NCBI GenBank assembly: GCA_002633005.1
Contig: NMRA01000414.1
Span: forward strand, 248,099-312,000
Source: Phoronis australis
Taxonomy: Eukaryota; Animalia; Phoronida
Reading direction: 5' to 3'
DNA length: 63,902 nt
Of the stretch, positions 13,101 to 25,100 are shown piece after piece. Position 1 is the first letter of the stretch. Every line of letters begins with the position of its first letter. The position numbers and the translations under genes are program-made. The notes under the pieces were generated by a model. It searched no databases. It saw only the letters and a list, made by a program, of their open reading frames with translations, and had not been told where the DNA came from.

Positions 13101-16100
13101 AAAATGATCAAGGCACTTGTAGACAAACAAGAAATTACAACACCAGAGGAAACAAACTTCTCTCCGGAGTCTACTTGAAAAATGACCAATAAGATCGCAT
13201 GAAATTTCAAAGTTTAGTCAAAAAGTGCCAACTGATTGGTCAATTTTCAAGTCGAGACTCGAGAAAAGTCTCTCTGGCGTGAATCTGAACCCATGAAGGT
13301 TATTTCTTGAAGTGTCTACTGTCTTTTGGCTAACAATCAATGTACGGACGGTTGAGCCCGTATCACGAATTTAGGCAACGGCTAAAAGTTAGAAAATCTC
13401 TCTACACCATGAAATCAACAGACAGAAATCTGCAGTTTGCTCAACAAGACAGAAGGCAGAACGTTTTGAAAAACGCAAAAGAAAAAATATCAACTTGTGA
13501 CTATTCAAAGTCAGATATCAGATTCTTGGCTTAAGTCAAAAGACAATAGATTCTTCAAGCAACAGGTCTCAGGTCAAAAACAAACGCAGACAATTGTGGT
13601 TAACGACTGGAATGTCTGACCGTATTACACTGCATATTCACTCAGGGTACAAGGGCGGAGAAAGCAAACCCAGCAAGCCTTTTTGGAGGATTTTCCGAAG
13701 CCGGTCCAACTGCAGGGTAATGGGTCGCCGATAAAACGTTTACCTGGCGAGTCTACTAGAGGATATGAACGGTGGCGCGGCCTACTGGCCAAGAGTGATT
13801 TCAAGTCGAGATAGGAATGTGTCATGCTGATGTACGTGACATCACATATCATAATGTCCTCCACAAAAATATTGTGAACGCTACAAAAGAACACAGTCAA
13901 GATAATGCTGATGTCGTGACCACAAAAGTTAGTAAAATACTGACCTGTAAAGAAAACATCACAAGTATCTATTCAATACTCTTGCGCAGAAACACGTAAG
14001 GATTATTACGAATTTGATAGAAACACCTTCAGGTTGCAACAATAACATTGCAAAAATACTAAATTTTAACGACAAGAATACAAAATCAAGGCAGCACTGA
14101 GTGTCCAAACTAACTGCAGTACATCTACCTAAAGCCAATTCTAAAAGAGAATTTTTACAAGCAAGACCAGAACAACTTGTGATGTCACTTTTCAGGTTGA
14201 TCCAACTTGTTGCCTTGTTGCACATTCACTTCACAACTTTAATTCTATTTCAAAACATTGTGATTTTACACAACCATCAACTTTATGAAAACTCACAGGA
14301 TAGAGTGGTATATCTCTTGAGAAGAAAACTCAGTGTTTTAGGCCTGAAATATGCCACAGCACCCATAAAATCTTCGCAAGAGACAAACCCATATCAAAAC
14401 CATGTTCTAAAAGACAAGTGCAACAAGACAACAGTTATTACATTAGGTGTACGTGAGTGCGCCCACACGCCATCTGTTGTCCACTTACCAGGCGCGTCAA
14501 CTAACGGAAACGAGCGCAGCGTGGGACCTAACTCCAACACTTCTTTCAGCTCTCCATAGGTGGAGATATAGCTGATAAATTTCACATGACGCACCATGAT
14601 ATCTTCCACAAAAACATTATGTGCGCTGCAAGTGTACACGGAAGATTAACAAGTGCTTGAACAAAAAGCTGAAACCGTGAGAATAATATCAAGGCTTGTC
14701 ATTTTCTTACCATGTAATGACTTGAAAATTTTCAACAAACCTGAGCAAAAAGGTAATAAACATTAATCAATGAATGCGGATGTTCGCTACTGAACAGAAA
14801 AACTTTTGATGGTAAAATTTTACTGGAGGAAACAAGAAATTGGCTTACTGTACTGGAATGTCAAGGCAAACATTCTGCAACCCTAATCACCTCCAAACTT
14901 AAGAACACTTGCTGCTGAAGAAAAACAATTCTTTTGGAACTGCGGCATTACCACTCTAAAACACAGCAATTCTTTTCTCAAAAACACAGCCATTTTTCTC
15001 ACAAACCGCACTTCATTTTACTACATATACCAATATCATTTACTGTACTTCGTAGGCATTGTCTAAACATACATAAATACAGATTAAATTCAAATGTATT
15101 ATTCAGAATATTGTCACAGAGCACTTCTTCTCTTTTGAATACGCAATGCAAGGTGGTGGATACTCATGGAAGCATAGATGCATGTTTTCTGCACTGTATT
15201 GTAACTAGTAGGTACTAGCAATTCATCTTGATAAAAGAAATATGTCCTTAAAAGAACTGTGACTCATAAGGAAAGAAAGGGACCTTAAGAAAAGAAATGT
15301 TGCGGACGAGAATGGATACACAACTTGCAAGAAAGCATTGTTTTTACGGGCAAAATCCCATTGCGAGAGCGGCTTATAACAAATGAAGATTGTCTATGCT
15401 GCGAGATGTTCAGAAAAGTAAGATACTCACAAGTGATGGTCACTAAAATTATGTGATTGGCTTGTAATTCGTGGCAATATCTCACGAAGACTTGTACGAA
15501 TTCGCCGCACTTGCAACAAACTAATCTTATGTAACGTAGTTTTGATAGTGACTTACTTTGAGCGAGTAGGAATAAAATCGGGTAAATATGGCAGACGTTT
15601 TATCTGTATCATGCTGTCGTAGATGGATGGAGAAAGCCCATTGGCTACGGCGTTGGCTATTAAAACAGCTATCTGTGAAGCGAGAATAACCAAAGGATTA
15701 GTTAAAGTAGACACTGTAAGTAAAGAATTTAGGCAAATGTATTTATAACACAAAGAGTTATATCTTTGAATGAGCGAGGGCAAAAGTGTGTCACTGGGGG
15801 AACGGCAAACATTCGTGGCAACGTCAAATCCTACTAAGAATATTTGGTGACATTTCTCCACCAATAAAAAGTAAATAAAATAAATTAATGTAGACAGCAT
15901 TCAAAATATTCTATCTAATCGCAACCAGCAGTAGTATACAGTTCAGTACAACACAATTATTTTGTCCACTGGCGACGCCTAGACATCTACAGGATGGCTA
16001 AGATATGCTAACCGATTACTGACTAATGACCTCTTTGCCCTGCCTCAGATGTTTGCAAACTGTCACTCGACAAAATATACATCAACAGTGCTATTATAAC

Positions 16101-19100
16101 TAATTTCTCACCACAGCAGGCAGGACATGAGTAATTTGTCCCGTCAGTTCAAATACTATAACGGCAGTTGAGATTGTGTGTGTTACGCTGCCAGATAGCG
16201 CTGCTGCCCCTACGACAGCATAACCACCCGGAACGATGCGGTAGATTGTGTCCCCTGTATGAACGCCGTCTGGGAACCACACCGCCATGGCTTCGCCAAC
16301 CAAACGACCGAATGCTGCACCTGCATTGGTGGAACATGTGGTGAGTACAAACATTTGATCCTTCACATTAGAATCATTCCAGCAAGGGATTCTGGGTATA
16401 GGAGCATAAGATGTACATGTTGACCAATCAATTTTATTAGAAGACAAAAATGGGTTTCCTACAAAAGGTATCTTTGTTACAAGTACCTTAAGATTGATAC
16501 AGTGAGATAAAAAATACAATGAAAAATATCAGTTCAATCATATGATAATCGTCAACAGATGATACAGGTTTGCAGCAGGAACACCTATCAATCCGCAGTA
16601 TCACTGAGAAATCACAAATAACTGTAATAACACAAGGAGTTATCGGACATGCATTTTAATTACAATTTCGTGGGAAATTGTGTTTTGCTTTCTACAATAC
16701 TGAAGCCTTTCTAAGACTAATGATAACGTGAGAGGCAGGAACATATGACATCATCATGTGTCGGGATGTCTGACGGGCGTCTCGGAACGTTAGTCGGGGT
16801 TGTATGTGTTTGATAGCAAGCAAGCAGACTAATGTTCCGAGACATCCGTCAGATGTGCCCACGCAGGATAACGTCCCACGTTCCAGCCTCTCACGTCATC
16901 AGACTGAGAAAGGCCTCAGAGTGAATTCTGAAAACATTAACTAGGCACGTAACTATATCGTTGACCATGTACTAAAAACTTTATAATTTTTATTCCAAAT
17001 ATGACACGTGTGGAATCTGGGAGGTAATTCTTCAAAGTCCTACTGCCAGGTCTAGATAATAATGCCAGCCTAATCAGACTCCCCATGATTCTTGAAAGGT
17101 ACTTACCAATAGCAAACACAGGAGTGAAGACACCAGCTGCAATAGGCAGAGTGTTGGATATGGCAGCCATACAGAACTGCAAGGCAAGAACATCAACTTA
17201 AACAATCATTTAGAACTGGATGACCTAGCAGCAATGTTTTTGGTTTCAAATTAACTTACGAATTGCTGGCTATCAGGCATAATTTAAGAGACTTTACTGA
17301 ATTCCTGACACTTATAAACTGGTATCGGTGCAACATAAGTGAACTTAAGAAGTTGAAAATATTTGTACAATAGTGTTCCACTTGACCGAGCAAACACAAT
17401 GAGCGATTAAACTCAGACTGAGATCATCTTAAGTTGATCGTGAAAGGAAAAATAATGAAGAAATACCACAATTAAGTCAAGAATGTCATTTCATGAAATA
17501 AATGTTACTTGCATAGCAAGACCGTCAGTAAAGAGTAAATAAACGTTGAACTGTCTAAGATATTAAGTGAAGATTCAATCTTGATCACAATCATGTTGGA
17601 CTTCCCCCTTGAAGGCATTTGGTATTTGTACACAGAGATCCTAGATACAAACTTATAAACAAAGTATACAGGCGTCTTGTTCATGCTTTAAAGCACCATG
17701 ATGCTAGTGTAGTAACCGTAAATGAATCAATGACAATTTTAGTTTCAAAACTTATTCTGTCGACTTAATAGACAAGCAAATGACCACATAAGATTTCCAC
17801 AGCTCAGACAGCAGCAAGAATTTCAAGCCGATGCATGTCAAAAACACCGATTGTCCTACATGTGTTAGAATTTGATCTCACCTGCATGATGACGTAAAAG
17901 GTGAGCGTGACGAAGACGTTTGTGTGAGGGTTATTCCACGTGTCCACCACAGCCTGCTGCTCGATGTTGAGAAATTCACGTGATGACTCAGCCCAGGAAA
18001 AGTTACTGAACAACTGGTTAATAGCCGTCTGGAAACTCACCTGAAATGGAGACGGACCAACAACTGACTTACCTAGGATGTTATAAAGGGGGTGAGGGGT
18101 AGCAAATACAAATTACCAAGGACAAAACATTTTCATGCCATAACCAACCACATAACATTGAGAAGGATTGATTGTCAATGATCATTTTTAAATTTAGGCC
18201 AGTCAATAATGCAAGTTTCTAAAATTTGATATAAGAACCGACCTAGAGCAAAATAATCAAATTTTCACTGTCCCAAAATGAAGAATTTTCACGGTATCTG
18301 CCATTCCCATATTTTGGCTGCGTCCGAAGGCAGCACCATGATGTAATTATCATACAGTGACCATACAAATAAATATATGTAAAACTATGCTTAATATGCA
18401 TTTTAGTTTGACGGAATTGTTGAGATACACTTTCACAAGGATGGTAACTGTCATACTGTCCAAGTCAACTGCTACGTTCCTTTTAACGGCAGAAGTCAAA
18501 ATTTCCAAATTTTCAATTTTAAACTCCCATGCTATTCTAAGCCCCCACCCCTCATTTATATGACAGAGACTGCCTAAAAAGTGCCCGTGTCTTTGTGAAT
18601 GCCGGTTTCATCAGATGTTTAGCTCCCATGATGTGCCAGTAACACACGTCTCATAAGAATTTAAGCTCTCAAAACGTATGCAATTTGCTTTACTTTGGCA
18701 GTCAAATTCAGCAGAACTTATAAATATCTGGGCGGGAATATACCGACTCTTTATTGAAGGAGATGAGAAATGGTTCTCTTGGCTCATGCACATTCTAATA
18801 TTAATTGTACTGGACCTGTGCAAAAATGTGGAATGTATTTGTGTAAGCTGACCATTCTATCCCAAACTTCTCATGCTCACGCCCACCCAAAATTCTGGAA
18901 TTTGAAATTCAAGTGCCCTGAGGGCTAACCTGGACAAGTGCTGTAATGAATGAAAACGTGCACTTATTCGAAGAAAAATACTCGTCTACTGACAGTAATT
19001 GTTAGTATTCCTCAAAAATAAAATTGAATAAACCTCATGATACTTGATTCCTTTTGTAAATGTCCCATGATCCATTGTGTGACATTGTCAAACCCACTCG

Positions 19101-22100
19101 TCATTCACAATTAAGTTGATTCCATCCAATTCCAAGCATGTTCTGTCAGACGATTACACAATATTACGACACACGACGTTCAAAATTCTAAATGGGTACT
19201 GGATTGACAACCCATTACCCAATCAGTTTGCTTAAAAGTTTGTATGTAACAGTACCACAGCAACTTACATGGCCAGCCATGAACTGTCCAAAGCCGAGAG
19301 GGAAGGTGATTGTAGCCACTAGGAACGAGACGACAGCTGGGTAGATAAAGCGACTGGAAAGGAAGCAGATTATTAGATATGGGAAAAATTATAATCAATA
19401 AAGAAGTGCTGCATTTCTTTGACAAGAAGGGGTTGATCCCAACACTAACCATAGGAAAGGTTTTGGTTATATTTGATCCTAGCTTAACAATCCTGAAATA
19501 CATTACTCTTCAAAACTGGACTGGCTATAATGTTGACATCCTGTACAAGCATTAAGTGACACCCGTCGACTGTGTGCGGCAATTCAACATGACTGTGTAC
19601 ATTGAGCATAGGTGGGGAGTATGGTGATAGCCACTTACAGGGGTGACCGGACTTTGAGAACCAGTTTGATGCCTGTTATACAGTGTAGAAAACTGGTTCT
19701 CAAAATGTGGGACCCCTGTAAGTGACTGTTACTGAGAGTATCACAAGACTCCTAAATGACACATATTTTACATGTGACATTTACGAAATATGATGTCAAA
19801 GCGGCAATAAACCTGACTTACGTCACAAAATTTAGATTCAGACCAGTTACTGTTCTGAAATTGGTATCAAAATTTTCCTGTCGAATTGGTGATGATTTTA
19901 GAGCTCCCAGAGAACTGACCGTCTGTTAAGACTACAGCTTGTCATATTATGCGCCGAGCGTTGTATCAACGGATAACGAACTGTCAGTTATTTGCAAACC
20001 CAGAAATCTCTTCGCATCTGAGCAAAGAACAAATTGAGACAAATTCTCTAGCCTTGGGTGGTTTAAATCAAGTTTGCTTCTTAGATGGAACATGGGTATA
20101 TAGATGTTTCAAGCTATATAATACAATTTTTTTTCTTTTTTATTGTGATATTTAAAATGAGGGTGACCTCTTCAGTGATAGCACTGCTTTCTAAGAGGAC
20201 CCTCAACAACAAAAACAGTAATATAATACAATGAAGTAATAAAACAACAATTAAATATACATGACAAAGGTACAATTAAAACAGGTTGAGAATTAAGACA
20301 ATACATGAATGACGAAGAATGGCGAAAATTTAACTAAGAGAGATGAAATAAATAAAGAGATGACTCTAAACAGTGAGAGTATTTATGGCAATGAGAAACA
20401 AAATGACATGATTAAGACAAATGTTTTGAACAATGGGAAAAACAATCGTCTGGAGTGTTCCAGATGTCCTATTTTGAATTGCAGTCAAAAAGTGCTAATA
20501 ACAAATATCAAATCGATGATTTTAGACAAAACTTACTTTTTCTGTAAAAAGCTGGACAGTTTTTTATGCATTCTCATGAACTTGATGATTCGCCGATGAA
20601 CGTAAACAAACAGAGCGCCACCAAAGCCACATATCACTCTACAAAAGAAAAAAAATCACTGTGTCAAACAAAACCCTTCAGAGATATCATGCGGTACAAT
20701 CTCACTAGTTTCTGACAAAAACAATCGCTAAGATTGCCCTTTCATCATTTTTCAAGTTCTTCTTATGGTGTTGAGAGTGACCAGAAGTTCGCAAAATTTT
20801 GAGTGGCCTTGGATACCATACGGAACTAGAACATGGCAAAGCATTCATTACGTGCTATCTTTCATAGGAGCAAATACGAATCAAACAAATAAAATTTCAG
20901 CTGTCTACCATATTATGTCCAATACTTTGACACTGCATAGTTTATTCTGAAAACTATATTGCACATAGAGGGTGCTTTCAGCTCAAGACCAACAAAATTG
21001 TACGTATCATAACTGCCAACAGTATTGACCACACAGAAACAGCAACAGTCCATTTGTAAGGCTAGCAATAAGGATAAAATACAAAATTTGAATCTGTCCA
21101 TGGCCCAGACCTATGACATTTAACGATTTTCTACTTTAGGCCTAGGAGGAGTTACCGGATAAATGAATGTATTAACGCCCATGATCCCATGAGTGAAGCA
21201 CTTGAGCAATACAACTGTCATTTATCAGGCCAAACAAATGTCCAAACTTAATCCAACATTTCAAGACAGACAAATACTAATCCTACGGGAAGCTGTCATG
21301 GCTGTGATAGCCAATCAAATAGAAGCTGTCATTTATCAGGCCAAACAAATGTTCAAACTAAACCCAACATTTCAAGACAGACAAATACTAACCCTACAGC
21401 AGCAAAAGCAAACAGCTCTATGGCGTCAAAGGCAAACTCTGTCCTCAGCCGTGTCTTAAATAGTGCTGTTATAGTCTCTACAATCAGTCAGACAGTAAAA
21501 CATATGAATGCGTGTGCAATATGAGCAGAAGTAAGCAGTAAATTCATCTTGTAATCAAGCACCATGCAACATTGAAGGATGTACAAATTAAAATCTAAGC
21601 ATCTCGCAGCAAACAGCAGCAACGCTGAAAATATAGACAATAATTAGTGAAATACAAGATCAAAAGTGCACACATCTGAGCACAAACAAAAACTATAAAA
21701 CACTGGTTATTAACAGATAAGAGAAAATCTAACACACTGCATACCAAAAACTGTATTCCACAAACCTGCCACAACGTTTATTCTGTACTTGGATCTTTAG
21801 TAGAAAGTAAGTTACAACACGAATTTTGGAGAATCACTGCCGTCACTAAATCGAGGCTATGTGAGACCACTGAAAACAGTGGCGGATCCCTTATGAAGCA
21901 GGTGAATCTAAAGCTTCAGGCCCCCCATGCCCAGTCACACAGGGGACCCCAGTGTCGGATGTCTAATGAAATTAACTATCTGTTAATAGGCCTCGTACAG
22001 AACAAGGGCCTCATCTTACAATAACAGGGCACCATAACATGGTGGTTTACGTAGGAAGGGCATTGCAGAGCGCTTTGAAACCGGTACAAAAGACAAGCGG

Positions 22101-25100
22101 TATTGGTAAAAAGTTGACCGAAGGAACGGTTACCAGGGGGAGGAGTTTGAGAGTTTACATTATCATGGCTTGGAATGATCAATGACAAAAAACAGGGAAA
22201 TTTTCTAGGAGATGGATCATTCCACAAATAAATAAGCTTAAGTGGTAGCAATACTTTTTGTTGTATGAATAAAGTCAGTAAATGAAAAAAGAGACGAAAA
22301 AGAGGAAACTCAAAATCAAATGAGAGGAAATAGAAACCAAAAAACAGGAAATCTTCTTAAAAAAGGAAAATTCCAAGCCCTGATTATGCACCTGTTCATA
22401 GTTGCATGGGGCCCCCATAGCTGATTAAGCTTCAGACTCACAACTGTGTAGAAACACCTGAAAGTGCTGTACCACATCAGAGACTACTCAAAAAGGTAAC
22501 CATTTACACCTTTATGTGAAATGCCGTACTACAATTATGTCAGTAGCATTATTTTGATAGCATAATAATTGTTACACACTGGTATACCCAAAACCCCTGG
22601 TGGTGTTTTCACATACCTTCCTCAGTGAACCAGAACGCCAGCAGCCGGAACACCAGAGCACCACAAACCGCCGAGAAGAAACCTCGCCAATAGTTACGCA
22701 CGGCAAAGTAGGTCGCTGTGACCTCAATACTGAATAATACACCTAAAAACATTAAAATTGCAACTAACAAGGAGAATAATAATTATAGTTCATGGGGATA
22801 CGATTCACAAACAAACTTCACGGAAAAGCAGGATATTTGCATAAATGTCATTTCGCCAAATAATGAAAGTGCTCTCAGGAGCGATACTAGGCAGAATCGA
22901 CTGAAAAAGCAAAGAAAACGTCAAAGGCACAGATAAAAACGATGACCAACAAAGATAAAGATTAAGACTTCAAAAAGTCTTGAACTTATCACTGATAGCA
23001 ACAATAAAAGACAATTAACGCAGAAATGATAGTGAGAAATGGATGAGATACTCCAGATAGTTCTTGACTAGGTCTATCTACATACCAAATTTCATGATAA
23101 TTCCAGACAGGACCGTGGAGTGAAAATTTGAATAATGACAGCATTCTGTCTCCAGTTTCAAGCATAAACTAATAGGCATCGAATTATAGATGATTGACGT
23201 TTTGTGTGTAAATTTCATGTTGATCAGACAAGAAACGTGATTTGCAGCATGCATACAAAGAAAAAAGTCACCACAAAGCAACATTATTGGCGGAATTACA
23301 ATGCGCCATCGGCTAATTATCAGCTTAGGTCCCATAAAAAAGGAGGCAAATAGTTAAATGTAAATATACTTATTACTCTTCTGCTAACAGCATTTCTTCG
23401 GTTTATATTAATTTTTTTACCATTATAATCATTCTTAACAAGATTCGCACTTCCAATAGGAGTAGCCAGTGCAACAAGAAGTCTATTCATTTCCAACAGG
23501 AGCAACCAATACAGTTAATAAATCTCACCTCCAATAGGAACAGCCAATACAGTTAACAAGAGTCTCACCTCCAATAGGAGCAGCGAATGTACAAGCAACA
23601 CCCACAGCACAAGCAGCAGCCAGCATTTCACTATTACGTGACTCGTTCTGAAAAGAACCATGCTCAACTATAAAACGAGCAAACTCTCCGCAAAACACCA
23701 ACTTCACAGAGCTTGCTGAGAACTCCAGTGTCCGAACGGATGACAGTTACTCAACCTTCCCTAAAAGGAGGCCAATCCACAACAGGTTACTTAAAGTTGC
23801 AGCAACTAACAATTAAAGTAAACTTGGTTGTCAAGAAGATTTTAAGAATTATTGACACAATAAAACATTAATTGCAATTTTCTATTTTTGAGATTCAAAG
23901 TTTTGTGTCAAGTGGTCCGGTGGCAGATGAGCACCATGAGTTATGCTAACAACGAAGTAGGATCTAAAACTTGCTATTTTTGTTAGGGAGTTTGGCAAAA
24001 TAAAATTCTGCTTTACTACCACATTGAATACAAAACTGAAAAATCTTTAGGTCTACCATTTACACTTCACTGCTCAATAATTTACATGATTGTGTTCTCA
24101 AAAACAGCTAATAATACTACAAAATTTTGGTGCATGAATCAAAATTTCTGTAATAATCTGATGTCGACAATAACAGAAGGTTGTAGATTTTTGAAACTGA
24201 ACAATTTTCTTGCACATCTTGTAGCCATACATTGGCAGTATGTCTGAGTGTCAGACCTTTAGTCGTCCATCATCAGCTGTGTAAAACTTGGAGTGCTTGT
24301 GCACCCATGAATAGCATCACGTGTTGATAATGACATACCTCGTAGATACCACGAAAAGACGTCACTAGCTTACTGAGTAAAGTTGCCACGATACTGGCTA
24401 CGTGGACAAAAGGGCCCTGAAAACACAGAGTTAACGATGCATTAGGTTTCATATTAAACTTCTGTTGCCAAGGGAGACCCAAACAAACAAGGCTGAATTA
24501 TTGATTTTAAGACGTCTGTCCAACATCAGACCAAATTTCGACATTTACTGATTGTATAAATATTCAACATAGATATTACACTTTGCACTTCAAATGTCAA
24601 TACAAAGCACACAAAACTGAGTTTGAACTTTGCTTACTATTAACAATTTAAAAAAAAAATAATTTGGTGGCAAAATATTCAGTCAATGTACATTACGTGA
24701 TTTACGCACATCTTTTACCACGCAATACGGACTCTGTGACCGGTAAAAGAATAGGACCTCTTTCTGAACAAAACAGGAAGACAAAACTGACGAATGAGCT
24801 TCCAAAACATAGTCCGATCATATAACATTACAGCAAGCAATTCTATAACTAATCTGGCAAGCTTCATCATGTTACAAGTAACCCTACTGCAATTTGCAAC
24901 TTATTAGTAACAATACAGCTCTTAACATTAGCGTATCGTCGTAAAAATTTTGGATGACATACGATCATGTTCCATTTAGGTTTTAATGCTAAAAATTGTA
25001 TTAACCTTTACCCAACTTGTGAACTGAAGAGATAATGAGACAAACGAAGAACGTAACGGACACAAAACAAAAGTAAACAGACAAAGAGCTGTTTCCCCAT

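Noticed and set aside
15432-15520. Possible third CBS1-like or cassette exon ending in CTT|GTGAGT
   Set aside because: No similarity to 16a/16b; acceptors are weak or imply a 36-nt intron.
23447-23588. Regularly spaced repeats resembling a CRISPR array
   Set aside because: Eukaryotic intron, the spacers are also similar to each other, the unit derives from the exon 7 donor, and there are no cas genes.
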